A stretch of DNA of 64,000 nt from Pseudomonadota bacterium. Lineage in GTDB: Bacteria; Campylobacterota; Campylobacteria; Campylobacterales; Sulfurimonadaceae. The position numbers were made by a program, and so were the translations under genes. Under the pieces are notes generated by a model that saw nothing but the letters and a program-made list of their open reading frames with translations, had not been told where the DNA came from and made no database searches. The stretch spans positions 32,001-96,000 of the forward strand of contig JAZDQA010000011.1 of the NCBI GenBank assembly GCA_043797085.1, written 5' to 3'. This document shows positions 40,268-50,307 of this stretch, piece after piece. Each line of letters begins with the position of its first letter. The stretch's first letter is position 1.

Positions 40268-40932
40268 CATGGTATGAAAGATTAAAAAAATTACGTGAAC
40301 AAAAGAGCCTTAGTCAGACTCAATTAGGTGAAAAAATAGGCAAAGACTTAACCGCAATAAGTAGGTATGAGAATGGAAGTGGAGCACAAAATCTTACTTA
40401 TAAATTAAAACAAAGTTTACGCTGGGTATTTACGCCTGAAGAAATAGAGTATATTGAGCATGGTGCTATAGTTGAACCTGATAATACGACTAATAATGGA
40501 GTGGTAAAAAATACAATATTAGTTCCCATTATATCTGCAAAGGCAAGTGGTTCACCGGTTGGTGAGATTCACTATGAGGTTGTGACAAAAGGGGAGCTAT
40601 CGATTGCAAGGATGCTATTTAGGACAATGCCAAACGTAGAAAATATACAAGCGATAGAGGTGATCGGGAATAGTATGTCCCCTCGAATTAATCCTGGGGA
40701 TTATGTCATTATCGATAAAGCCGATTCTTTTAATCAAGATGGGGTTTATGTGTTGCAGTTTGATAGTATGTTATTAGTGAAAAGATTGCAGGTAACGACA
40801 AAAGGGATTAAGATCATCAGCGATAACCGATCATACGATGATGACATGTATGATCCCGAAGATGATCAGCGTATGATGCATATCATCGGAAAAGTTATTT
40901 TAGTGATCAATAGAGATATGGCATCGTTCTGA
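40261..40932 (+). CDS. CI-like phage repressor (XRE HTH plus S24 peptidase)
   Basis: RLKKLREQKSLSQTQLG...ISRYENG; V.GNSMSP.I..GD and VKRL autocleavage motifs. Confidence 0.9.
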   Translation: MSTWYERLKKLREQKSLSQTQLGEKIGKDLTAISRYENGSGAQNLTYKLKQSLRWVFTPEEIEYIEHGAIVEPDNTTNNGVVKNTILVPIISAKASGSPVGEIHYEVVTKGELSIARMLFRTMPNVENIQAIEVIGNSMSPRINPGDYVIIDKADSFNQDGVYVLQFDSMLLVKRLQVTTKGIKIISDNRSYDDDMYDPEDDQRMMHIIGKVILVINRDMASF

Positions 40933-40943
40933 TAGTCACTTAA

Positions 40944-41600
40944 TTATTTTGGCGCTGCACTACTATATTCACCATAAAATTCATTTAACCATTCTTCGCC
41001 TTGAGCAGTAAAAATATCTAGTTTTGCATAAGAGAAAAATTGAAGGTAAGTGAGATTATTCCATTTATCTGGCAAATAATTTCTACTTACTTCAATCCTT
41101 GCCCACGTATTTGAATGATCACCATCCCAAATAACAAAAGTAATTTTTCCAATATCTGATCTAGCAAATAATTTTTTACTTAGATTAAATGCTTTAATTG
41201 CAACACTATTCCATGCCTGTACCCCACTCCAACTACTTGATTCTATCTCTATGTCGATATTATTAAGCCCTTTATGTTCTCCTGCATATTGCATTTGTAT
41301 GTTAGCAGATACAACATCAGAAGATATTGACTTTATAGATTCTTCTGATAATTTTTTAGTATTTATGTAGGTATCACTTTCTATTATAGCAACTTCTTTT
41401 TGTTCATTTTTTGGTGTATTAATATTTTCAGATTTTGGAGCTGCAATAGCTATAATAATCGTCCATACTAGAAAACCTGCTACCCCACCTACTAAATGAG
41501 AAATAATCTTTCCATCCCCTTTTCCTATTCTATTTTTTGATAGGTATTTCCATGTAAAGTATGCTGCGATTCCGCCTACAATAAAAAATAAAAATGTCAC
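40944..41600 (-). CDS. AT-rich membrane-anchored phage accessory (moron-like) protein
   Basis: Two N-terminal TM helices then a soluble domain; convergent with the repressor. Confidence 0.65.
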   Translation of the reverse strand: MTFLFFIVGGIAAYFTWKYLSKNRIGKGDGKIISHLVGGVAGFLVWTIIIAIAAPKSENINTPKNEQKEVAIIESDTYINTKKLSEESIKSISSDVVSANIQMQYAGEHKGLNNIDIEIESSSWSGVQAWNSVAIKAFNLSKKLFARSDIGKITFVIWDGDHSNTWARIEVSRNYLPDKWNNLTYLQFFSYAKLDIFTAQGEEWLNEFYGEYSSAAPK

Positions 41601-41609
41601 AATAGTCTC

Positions 41610-41858
41610 CTAATTACATAGTGATTCGCATGGAACCCCATCTTTGTCTCTGTCGAGTTTTCTAACTCCACACTCATTTAGATAAAACTTTGCCTCAGCA
41701 CAGGTATTCATCTCTTTACATTTATCTTTTCCGCTGCAAGAGAATCTCTCTGACTTTTGCTTTGGCTCTTTTTTCTGTTTTTCTGCCGCGTTTAGCGTGC
41801 ATGAGCTCATAATTATAACCGACAACACGGCAACTTTTAGTATTTTGTATTCTTTCAT
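41610..41858 (-). CDS. exported Excalibur calcium-binding domain protein
   Basis: Signal peptide then C....C.EM.TC.EA...L..C....LDRDKDGVPCE. Confidence 0.8.
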   Translation of the reverse strand: MKEYKILKVAVLSVIIMSSCTLNAAEKQKKEPKQKSERFSCSGKDKCKEMNTCAEAKFYLNECGVRKLDRDKDGVPCESLCN

Positions 41859-41880
41859 TTAAGACTCCTAAAATTAAAAA

Positions 41881-41926
41881 ACTTGACAATACTTGACAAT
41901 AGTGTCAATTAATGTCTATAATTGCA
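41881..41926 (+). promoter_or_regulatory. rightward phage promoter with TTGACA/TGTCAA operator repeats
   Basis: ACTTGACAAT tandem repeat, TTGACA-18nt-TATAAT (41893-41922). Confidence 0.7.
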
Positions 41927-41981
41927 GACCAACCTATTTATCTGAGCGGCGGTTGGACCTTCGGGGCCGCTCTTCAGATAA

Positions 41982-42518
41982 GTGTCCAAAGGATACACAA
42001 TGCCTATCTCGAAAACTACATGGTTCTATAAAGCAATCGACTCAGCTCTAAACGCTTTTGGTGAACGTCATCACATAACAGCTCGCCAACATTTCGCGCC
42101 ATTGCTCGGATATCATGGTGATAATGCAAGCATACAGCTCGGAACCGCTCTGAATTGTACCACATACAACCCCATCACCCCAAAACCTATTTCTATCGAT
42201 CAACTCTCTGTCTTACTTGATGAGCTTGGAAGTGATAAAAAAATCATCCTAGATGCTATTGCAAAACAATGTGATGGCGTTTTTAACTTCAGTGCACAGG
42301 CTTCACCAACACAAAGTGAAAGTGTAAAGGATGAGTTGTTGATGATCGCAGCATTTGCCGGTAACTTATCGGCAAAGTTTTTGGAGTACAAAAACAATGA
42401 CGGATGCATCGATGAACTTGAGGCGAATGAGCTAGAGCGTATCGCGTATGAGACACGACAACACTTGAGATCATTCGAAGATATGATTGAACTTCAAAAA
42501 GCAAAAATGGAGGATTGA
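41982..42518 (+). CDS. phage regulatory protein, CII-like (start probably 42000)
   Basis: First gene after the rightward promoter; C-terminal DG.ID..EA..L motif seen in phage CII-type proteins. Confidence 0.55.
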   Translation: MSKGYTMPISKTTWFYKAIDSALNAFGERHHITARQHFAPLLGYHGDNASIQLGTALNCTTYNPITPKPISIDQLSVLLDELGSDKKIILDAIAKQCDGVFNFSAQASPTQSESVKDELLMIAAFAGNLSAKFLEYKNNDGCIDELEANELERIAYETRQHLRSFEDMIELQKAKMED

Positions 42519-42798
42519 TATGGCAAAGATAACGTTTAAAAAAGGTTCCACACCGTATACGCTTCACACTCACTTCTCTTTAGGGGGGTCATTTACTTAT
42601 GATGAAGCCTACCAAAAAGATATTCGCCATCTTTCTCAGCGTATTGCTGATCTAAAGTCTAAATTTTTAGAAGCTGGTATCAAAGATTTGATCATGGTAA
42701 TCGATGAGCCAAATGAGCGTGGTGGATTTCATGCCCGGTATTTTTATCGTGGGTATGGTTGCCTGCTGGAAAATAAAGATGGAGCGAGGGTCTACTAA
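42487..42798 (+). CDS. small winged-helix phage protein (start probably 42520)
   Basis: T..EA....I..LSQRIADL....ARY pattern; GGAGG RBS. Confidence 0.55.
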   Translation: MNFKKQKWRIDMAKITFKKGSTPYTLHTHFSLGGSFTYDEAYQKDIRHLSQRIADLKSKFLEAGIKDLIMVIDEPNERGGFHARYFYRGYGCLLENKDGARVY

Positions 42799-42934
42799 TG
42801 AGAATTAAACATAATCTCCTCCTCACTGCTAATAAGATCGTTATGAAAACCCCTATCCTATCATTTAATATCAAAGTAAAAATTAGAAAAATAATTATGA
42901 CTGAGCTGAAATCCAGCGGGTTTAAAGGTCTATA

Positions 42935-44197
42935 ATGGAACAGCACCTCTATAACCTTGCTTTTGAGCGTTCAGTTCTTTCATCGCTTTTGTTTATTCAT
43001 GATTTTGATACTGTAGATGAGATGGTAGCTCTACTCAATGAAGATCTGTTTTTTCTCCAATCCCACAAAGATATTTGTGCTGCCATTATTAAGCTTCAAT
43101 TATCTGGGTTACCGATCGAAGAGAGTTTTATCCAAAAACACATGGTGCAAACTGGTAAGTTCGATGAAAGAGTGATGGTTGAAATCCTGACAGCTAACAG
43201 CATGGCGAACATAAAACCATATATCGATGCTCTTATGGAGTTTGCACGAAAGCGAAAGCTAGAACAGCTGTCATTCAATATCCGAAAAATGATTAGTGAA
43301 GAAAATAATAGTGCTGATGACATTGAATCCATGCTAGAACTATCTCTCAGTGAGTCTCAGATCAAGAGCGGTATGACGATGCCTGTCACAATGGAGAGAG
43401 CTATCGAAGAGTTCCATAACATGACAATCCCTGAACCGATTCGTACTGGTATAGAAAGCCTCGATAATCTACTGTGTGGAGGGTTTGAACCTGCACAACT
43501 CGTTCATATCGGTGGAGAGCGTAACGTCGGTAAAACAACGCTCATGAAGCAGATATTATTTAATACATCAGTCAACTACGACACACTCTTCTTTAGCTTC
43601 GAAATGCCTAAATGGAAGATGGCCAAATATACTGAGCGTATGACCGGTAAAAGCAATATGAAGCGGTATCACATCATCGACACGAACATGATGAAAAGCC
43701 GTGACGTTACTGATGTAGCACGTATGATCAGAACAATGTGGAGAAAACACGGTATACGATTCGCGCTGATAGATTCAAAGATGAAACTAAACCACCGTTC
43801 TTATAAAGGGAACAGTGACGCTGAGAAAAAAGGAGAGATTGACTCTATCCTCAGTGCAGTAACGCAAGAGACTGGAATCGTTATCCTGATGATTGTACAG
43901 GCTTCACGTGAAGAGCTAAAGAACGGAAAGATGGGAAGCTACGGTTCTGTATTGTCCGACTATGAGACAGATATGCAGCTGATGCTTAAAAAGACTGATG
44001 GTGGGATAGAAGTAAGTTGTGAGAAGAATCGACAAGAGGTATTACATTACCCTGCGAAACTTTGGTTTAACGAGAAAGAGCTGAAGTTTGACAGTATAAA
44101 AGCGGACATTGTGCACTATAAGATGCCATCATCGTATACGGATCGCGCTTCTTTGATTGCAGGCAATGATGAGAAAGTTGAGATTGTAGTCCTATGA
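42935..44197 (+). CDS. DnaB-like replicative helicase
   Basis: ERSVLSSLL N-terminal domain, TGIESLDNL..GF, Walker A GERNVGKT, FFSFEM, Q.SRE, KNR. Confidence 0.85.
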   Translation: MEQHLYNLAFERSVLSSLLFIHDFDTVDEMVALLNEDLFFLQSHKDICAAIIKLQLSGLPIEESFIQKHMVQTGKFDERVMVEILTANSMANIKPYIDALMEFARKRKLEQLSFNIRKMISEENNSADDIESMLELSLSESQIKSGMTMPVTMERAIEEFHNMTIPEPIRTGIESLDNLLCGGFEPAQLVHIGGERNVGKTTLMKQILFNTSVNYDTLFFSFEMPKWKMAKYTERMTGKSNMKRYHIIDTNMMKSRDVTDVARMIRTMWRKHGIRFALIDSKMKLNHRSYKGNSDAEKKGEIDSILSAVTQETGIVILMIVQASREELKNGKMGSYGSVLSDYETDMQLMLKKTDGGIEVSCEKNRQEVLHYPAKLWFNEKELKFDSIKADIVHYKMPSSYTDRASLIAGNDEKVEIVVL

Positions 44198-45030
44198 GAA
44201 TGAATTATAAGAGCTACCCAACCGATTTTATTCAACAACTCAAACGTGAGCGTGGTGTAGCAGGCCGTAAGAAAGCGCGTGCGTTTATGGAGTTTTGGGA
44301 TGATATGGAACATGGAGATCACAACAGTGAATCATTTTATGCAAAGTCATGGGACGTATCTCGCAGTACTTCTCATGAATGGATCAAAGAGTTTAAAATA
44401 GAAATGGACTTATATATCGATCACATGTTCTTAAAAAATCAGCAACACTATAATCACGCTGTATTTTCAACCGAGCAAAACGAGCAAAGACAACCGAGCA
44501 AAACGAGCACAAATAAACCCCGTACTATAGGCACTTCTACAATATCAACCGAGCAAACCGAGCAAGGCTTACCGAGGGAAGCTTTTAATCTATATGATAA
44601 TAATAACGTGCGTGAACTTCGTAGAGAATGGTGGAATGATGCTGAGTTTAACGATTTGTTTTTTATCTACTCTCAGAATACTAAGTTCGTCGGTAAAAAA
44701 GAGGATGCATTCGAACAATTCACTAAAACAGAAATGAACCCATCTATCATAATCCTATCCGCTGTCCAATATCTACATGATCCTGCTATCGGTGGGAAAC
44801 ACTATAATCTTGCAAACTTCCTCAAAAATGAAACATACTTGGCATATATTCCTAAGATGATCAAGGTGCGCCATGGTGATCAAGACATCGTCGGTGAGTA
44901 TGATCGAGTCAATCAGCGTATCATTGAGAGTGGAAGCAATCGTTTTATAGTGTTGACTCCCGAGCGATTAGTTGAATTATTCAAAGCAGGTGCATTAGAG
45001 TTTATCAAACCAGTGGGGAGAGCAGCATGA
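44194..45030 (+). CDS. putative phage replication initiator
   Basis: N-terminal HTH-like segment, central iteron-encoded linker, KKEDAFEQF and L.NFLK C-terminal motifs; coupled to the helicase gene. Confidence 0.65.
   Translation: MRMNYKSYPTDFIQQLKRERGVAGRKKARAFMEFWDDMEHGDHNSESFYAKSWDVSRSTSHEWIKEFKIEMDLYIDHMFLKNQQHYNHAVFSTEQNEQRQPSKTSTNKPRTIGTSTISTEQTEQGLPREAFNLYDNNNVRELRREWWNDAEFNDLFFIYSQNTKFVGKKEDAFEQFTKTEMNPSIIILSAVQYLHDPAIGGKHYNLANFLKNETYLAYIPKMIKVRHGDQDIVGEYDRVNQRIIESGSNRFIVLTPERLVELFKAGALEFIKPVGRAA
44468..44610 (+). repeat. iteron cluster and AT-rich tract, candidate phage replication origin
   Basis: CGAGCA at 44472, 44481, 44495, 44504, 44550 and 44559, followed by ttttaatctatatgataataataa. 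Confidence 0.65.
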
Positions 45031-45617
45031 TCGTAACGATTGATATGACTGGGCAAGAAGCATTACTCAAAGCAGTTAACCCAAACACTGCAAAGAAAGC
45101 AATCAAGAGAACACTCAAGGAATTAATGAGCAGCGCTATGACTGCCGGACAAAAAGAAGTAACAAAAACATACAACCTCAAGACCTCACAGCTCAAAAGA
45201 TATATTGGAAGTCGTGTCGTATCTAATGCAGGGCTACAGGTATCTGTATCTATCCGATCGCAAGGATATGTCTCTATGTTTAATTTTATAAACAAGGCGA
45301 GTATCCAAAGCTCACTTACCCGTAAAAACAAAAATAGTAAGGGCAAAGTTAAAGTGAAGATCATCAAAGGAGGCGGTGCTCATACGTTCCGTCATGCATT
45401 CGTGATGATAGGAAAGAGTGGAAACATCGGTATCTTTGAGCGTGTACGTGGAGTGAAGTCATCAACGGGTAACGATAAGATCACTCGCCTCAATACTGTT
45501 GGACCTATAGGGATGTTCGAGAAGATTGGACTCCCTATCATCCAAGATCATGTGACATCACGCGCTGCTAATGTACTAAAGCGAAACCTTGCATTCTATA
45601 TGAGTAAAGAGTCATGA
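45027..45617 (+). CDS. lambda gpZ-like minor tail/completion protein
   Basis: Basic protein, A..RTL...V.K.Y.L, AFVM......IFER pattern. Confidence 0.55.
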   Translation: MIVTIDMTGQEALLKAVNPNTAKKAIKRTLKELMSSAMTAGQKEVTKTYNLKTSQLKRYIGSRVVSNAGLQVSVSIRSQGYVSMFNFINKASIQSSLTRKNKNSKGKVKVKIIKGGGAHTFRHAFVMIGKSGNIGIFERVRGVKSSTGNDKITRLNTVGPIGMFEKIGLPIIQDHVTSRAANVLKRNLAFYMSKES

Positions 45618-45752
45618 TAAAAACATTAAGGTACTCCGCCATAGTTACCGTAGTGCGGGGCTTAAGACTCGCGGAAAGTCTCTATTTTTTGAGTCCTAAA
45701 CTTCCTAAACTTTCCAGTTGTGGAATGTTTACTAAACAAACAATAGGGTAGA

Positions 45753-46448
45753 TTGATGGTTAATTTAATTACTGCTTCACAATGTTTGATCAAGCTTGAG
45801 AATGATGGTATTAAATATACAAAAGGGTATTTTTCCCAAATGACAAGCGACGGTAAAATTCCATGGCACCCAAAAGCAGATAGCCCAAAAAAATTCTATA
45901 TTTACGAAGAGGTACTTGAAGCAATCAAAAACACTCAAGATCCAACCCGTGACGCTCAAAGAGAAGCAAACGAGCAAAAGCGTGCAGAGCCCATCGATTT
46001 GTTTGCTGCCGTCGGAACGTATGAGAGTATTGCCGATATGAGTGATGATGAGCGTGAGGCCTATGACATCGAATGTAGAAGAGAGCTAGAAGAGGCACGT
46101 AAGGCAAGAGAAGCCGCTTTAGCAGCTGGAGCAAAAGATACCAGTGATAATGAAGAAAAAGACCTTACAACAATGAAATTGAACGATGTAAAAATTGCTA
46201 AAGAGTATTGGTTGGGAGAAAAAGCAAAAGCTGAAGTCGAACAGATGAAAAAAGTACTCATCCCAAAAAATGAGGTTGCCGGGGTAATTGAGTTTATGAT
46301 CTCTCCAATCAATACCAAACTCGATGAGATACCACATAAGATGAGGGCTAATTTTAGTGATTTTCCTGAGAAACAATACCGTTGGCTAATTGATCATATC
46401 AATCATCTCAAAGAAGAGCTCCATAACAGTGGGAAAGAGCTTCTATGA
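45753..46448 (+). CDS. terminase small subunit (putative)
   Basis: N-terminal winged-helix-like part, coiled C-terminus, overlaps the terL start. Confidence 0.7.
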   Translation: MMVNLITASQCLIKLENDGIKYTKGYFSQMTSDGKIPWHPKADSPKKFYIYEEVLEAIKNTQDPTRDAQREANEQKRAEPIDLFAAVGTYESIADMSDDEREAYDIECRRELEEARKAREAALAAGAKDTSDNEEKDLTTMKLNDVKIAKEYWLGEKAKAEVEQMKKVLIPKNEVAGVIEFMISPINTKLDEIPHKMRANFSDFPEKQYRWLIDHINHLKEELHNSGKELL

Positions 46449-48304
46449 CTCAGATCATGAGCCAACGTCAGATTGAGCTTGTAGCGTTTGGTCTAATGCT
46501 ATTTAAACCAAAGCCAATCTTAACAGGAAGTGAGTGGGCAGATGAGTATTTTTATCTCTCTCCAGAGTCAAGCGCTCGCCCAGGAAAGTGGAAAACAGAT
46601 CCGTGGCAAAAAGAAATACTCGATGAGATGACTAATGCTACTACCCCTTTTGTGTCGGTTGAAAAATCAGCACGTGTAGGGTACACCAAAATGCTCAATA
46701 TCACGCAGTGCTATTTTATCCATCAGGACCCATGCTCAATACTTCATGCCCAACCAACCGACGGAGATATCATAGGGTATGCAGAGGATGAATTTGAGCC
46801 TATGGTGCGTGATAATGACGTCATACGTGAAAGAGTAAATACACACAACAATCGAGGGCGTAATAAGCGAGAAAAAACGGTTAAAAAAATGTATCCGGGA
46901 GGAATATGGGAAGGGATTGGAGCACATTCTCCTCGTAATTTTAGACGGAGAACAACCAGAGTGACGATGGGAGATGAGATCGATGGATGGGAATTTGAAG
47001 CTGGTAAGGAAGGTGACCCTATAGCATTGTTCCAAAAACGTTCTCATGGGTTTTGGAATAGAAAGAATATTTTAGGCGGTACACCTACGCTTTTGAGAAT
47101 ATCAAAGATACATAAAAGTGTTAAAAGCGGTGATGGGCGCCGTAGATTTTTACCATGTCCCCATTGTAATTATATGCAAACGATTGAGTTTGATAATTTT
47201 CGATATGAGATCGATGAGATCGGGATGCTTGTCAAAGAATCGGTTATGCTTGAGTGTATAAACTGCTCAAAACTCATAGAAGAGAACAAAAAGATGTCAA
47301 TGGACGAAAAAGGGGAATGGAGAGCGGAGCGCCCATTTAACGGCCATGCTACTTTTATTATCTGGTCCGCATACGCACATGATCCTAACTATCGATGGCA
47401 CCACATTGTTCAGGAATATCTTGATAGCAAAGACGATGAGCTAAAGCTAAAGGTTTTTACCAATACGGTGCTTGGTAAACCATGGGAAGATAAGATCGAG
47501 AAGAATCAACCGGAGGATATCTTATCGCTCAAGATTGATTTATCAGAGGGGATCGTTCCTCCTAAAACTGCTGCATTGGTTATGGCGGTTGACGTCCAGA
47601 AAGATCACTTTTGGTTTGAGGTAAAAGGCTTGATCTATGGAAATGGTACACACCTGGTACGCTATGGGCGTGCTGAGACGTGGGCAGATATCGAAATGAT
47701 TATGAGAACACCGTATGTTGATGCATTAGGAGGGGTCCACATGGTACGCATTTGTGCAGTAGACTCAGGGTATTTGGCGGATGAAGTCTATGAGTTTTGT
47801 GCGATGAACTCAGATATCTGTATCCCAGTAAAGGGTGCCAGTCAGCGCATGAGCTCTCCCTATACTGTGAGCAATGTTGACAAAGACATAAATGGTCGCC
47901 CAGTAGCAACTGGGTTGAAGCTCTACAAGCTTGATACAGAGTTTTACAAAGATATCCTCGATGCAAAGATAAAGCGATCCATAGCAGCAGTATCGAACGA
48001 TGAGACGGCTCAAAATAATCTTATGAGCTTTCATAGCAGTACCGATGCTCTTTATGTGAAGCAATATACCAGTGAGTACAAACATACCGAAACCAATTCA
48101 AAAACAGGAGTAGAAAAAAGCGAATGGCGTAAAGTTGGGGAAAAAGCACCGAACCACCTTTGGGACTGTGGCACCTATATCACATTTCTAGGGGAATTAC
48201 TCGGAATACGGTTTTTGCCGTCCGAACCGATTGAAACGGTGGCACGATCACGCCGCCGCGAGCGTCCGGTTAGACAGCATGAAGATGATGAATCAAATTA
48301 TTAG
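46445..48304 (+). CDS. terminase large subunit, lambda GpA family
   Basis: KSARVGYT, GDEIDG, EGDP, GTP, CPHC...CINC, VDVQ, DSG, NHLWDC. Confidence 0.93.
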   Translation: MTQIMSQRQIELVAFGLMLFKPKPILTGSEWADEYFYLSPESSARPGKWKTDPWQKEILDEMTNATTPFVSVEKSARVGYTKMLNITQCYFIHQDPCSILHAQPTDGDIIGYAEDEFEPMVRDNDVIRERVNTHNNRGRNKREKTVKKMYPGGIWEGIGAHSPRNFRRRTTRVTMGDEIDGWEFEAGKEGDPIALFQKRSHGFWNRKNILGGTPTLLRISKIHKSVKSGDGRRRFLPCPHCNYMQTIEFDNFRYEIDEIGMLVKESVMLECINCSKLIEENKKMSMDEKGEWRAERPFNGHATFIIWSAYAHDPNYRWHHIVQEYLDSKDDELKLKVFTNTVLGKPWEDKIEKNQPEDILSLKIDLSEGIVPPKTAALVMAVDVQKDHFWFEVKGLIYGNGTHLVRYGRAETWADIEMIMRTPYVDALGGVHMVRICAVDSGYLADEVYEFCAMNSDICIPVKGASQRMSSPYTVSNVDKDINGRPVATGLKLYKLDTEFYKDILDAKIKRSIAAVSNDETAQNNLMSFHSSTDALYVKQYTSEYKHTETNSKTGVEKSEWRKVGEKAPNHLWDCGTYITFLGELLGIRFLPSEPIETVARSRRRERPVRQHEDDESNY

Positions 48305-48313
48305 GAGAAATAA

Positions 48314-48511
48314 ATGTCATTTTGGGATAGAAGAGAAAATATCAAGAATAAACCCTCGGTTGAGCTGCGAACATCTCGCGTAATTGAAAAAATTATGGAC
48401 GATTATGAGATACCAATGGGGGTTGCCATAGAAAAATTGATGCGAGAAGATGGACTTTATGCCGAAACAATTGAACAATTATCTAAACTTTACCCAGATA
48501 TTACTAGCTAA
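48314..48511 (+). CDS. phage hypothetical protein
   Basis: 65-aa ORF, AGGAG RBS. Confidence 0.55.
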   Translation: MSFWDRRENIKNKPSVELRTSRVIEKIMDDYEIPMGVAIEKLMREDGLYAETIEQLSKLYPDITS

Positions 48512-48686
48512 TAGTTCTAAACTTTTATAAAAACTAAACTTTTAACCCCTATTTTGTGAACTTTTAATGAAGTAGCAGAAAAAAAAGAAAAAGTTTAGGG
48601 TAATAGTTTTTGAGCATGACCTAATTTTGATACCCTAAACAAACTTTTTGTATTTTCCTAAACTGCCACCATACTTTTAGAAAGGT

Positions 48687-48923
48687 TTGGTTTTGGCACA
48701 AACACTCGGACAACAACTTGACGCTGTTCAAACTGCTATCTCAGCTGTAGAGACTTCTCAAAGCTATGAGATGGACGGCAGGAAACTTACCAGAGCCGAT
48801 CTTTCAACACTTTACAAACGCGAAGATTCCCTAATCTCAAAGATCGAGATTTTCGGACGCGACTATGCACCTGGACAAAATACATCTCCTATGAAAACGA
48901 GAGCTAATGTTCGATTCTCTTAA
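48687..48923 (+). CDS. gpW-like head-tail joining protein
   Basis: QSYEMDGRKLTRADL..L motif between terL and portal. Confidence 0.7.
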   Translation: MVLAQTLGQQLDAVQTAISAVETSQSYEMDGRKLTRADLSTLYKREDSLISKIEIFGRDYAPGQNTSPMKTRANVRFS

Positions 48924-50307
48924 AAGCGTATTTTCCCGCGGGAAAATCAAGCGTGGTTTTTATGAGGGCGGAAAACGCACCGGGACCAATCAAGATTTTT
49001 GGAATGCTAACAGTGATTTTGAGAATACTGCTTCACCTGATCGTGATACGATGCGTGCTCGCGCTCGTTGGCTCCATGAGAACAATGCGATCATGGCCAA
49101 TATCGATGCAACCATCGTCCGTAACAGTGTCGGGAATGGGTTCACCTTTCAATCCAAGTGTGGTAAAGAGAATATCGATAAGCAAATTGAAACTCTTTGG
49201 AATGCGTGGGTACAGCCTAAGAACTGTGATGTTACCGGGCGTCAGCATTTTGGCGGGATTCAGCAACTCATCCTTTCTCAGCGAATGTGTGACGGTGAAA
49301 TCGTTATCAAAAAGCATCTCTCTAAAAACAAAAAGAATCCTTTTCAAGTACAACTTATTGAGGCAGATCGTTTTGATACATCATATCGTGTTCGCGTAGA
49401 TAATTCAAATATTCTAAATAGCGTAGATGGTATCGAGCTGGACACGATGGGAGCTCCTCAAAACTATGTTTTTAGAGATGGGCTTATGAGCAACGTCAAG
49501 GTCCCAGCATCAGAAGTCATTCATTATTTTAAAATGGGGAATCGCTCTTCTCAGTACCGTGGATTATCAGAATATAAACAATCTATTGTTGATCTTCGCA
49601 ACTTCGCAGGGTATCAAACCTCTACTCTTAAATCTGCTCGTGCACGATCTAGCGTCGCCTACGCAATTGAGACAAACAACGTACAAGGGCACATGGCTTC
49701 TATGCTTCAAGGGAATAAAGAGGGAAGTGATCCAATCTATGACATTAACGGAGTAATGGTTCAATATCTGAATCAAGGTGAAAAACTCCATCAGTATGAC
49801 CCGGCCGTAAAAGGTGCGGAATATGGTGAGTTTGTTCGCGCATGTGTTCGCCTAATAGCTACTGCTCGACAGATCAGCTATGAGCTCGCATTTCGTGATT
49901 ATTCTCAGGTTAATTTTTCCAGTGCTCGCGCCTCTTTTATCCAAGATCACAAACGTTTCAGTAATGAACAGTGGCACATGGTTACCTATGTTCTTAATCC
50001 ACTGTTTGAATCATGGCTCGATGTGAATGTAATGGCTGGAAATATTAAAGGACTAGGAGTAAGTGCCTATTTCATAAATAAATCTGATTTTTGTCAGCCT
50101 CGCTGGGTAGCTCCTGCTCGTGAGTGGGTTGATCCACTTAAAGATATCAATGCAATTCAAAAAGAGATCGACATGGGTATCACAACTATTGAAGAGGTAG
50201 CTGCTGCACGAGGTAAAGACTTAGAAGATGTTATCGCATCAAGAGTAAAAATAAATAAGATGCTTAAAGATGCTGGAATTTTAACAAAGGAGGAAGCGAA
50301 TGCCTAA
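48907..50307 (+). CDS. portal protein, lambda family
   Basis: RARAR.L..NN, DGE, LIEADR, QYRG, DYSQVNFSSAR, WVDPLKD. Confidence 0.92.
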   Translation: MFDSLKSVFSRGKIKRGFYEGGKRTGTNQDFWNANSDFENTASPDRDTMRARARWLHENNAIMANIDATIVRNSVGNGFTFQSKCGKENIDKQIETLWNAWVQPKNCDVTGRQHFGGIQQLILSQRMCDGEIVIKKHLSKNKKNPFQVQLIEADRFDTSYRVRVDNSNILNSVDGIELDTMGAPQNYVFRDGLMSNVKVPASEVIHYFKMGNRSSQYRGLSEYKQSIVDLRNFAGYQTSTLKSARARSSVAYAIETNNVQGHMASMLQGNKEGSDPIYDINGVMVQYLNQGEKLHQYDPAVKGAEYGEFVRACVRLIATARQISYELAFRDYSQVNFSSARASFIQDHKRFSNEQWHMVTYVLNPLFESWLDVNVMAGNIKGLGVSAYFINKSDFCQPRWVAPAREWVDPLKDINAIQKEIDMGITTIEEVAAARGKDLEDVIASRVKINKMLKDAGILTKEEANA

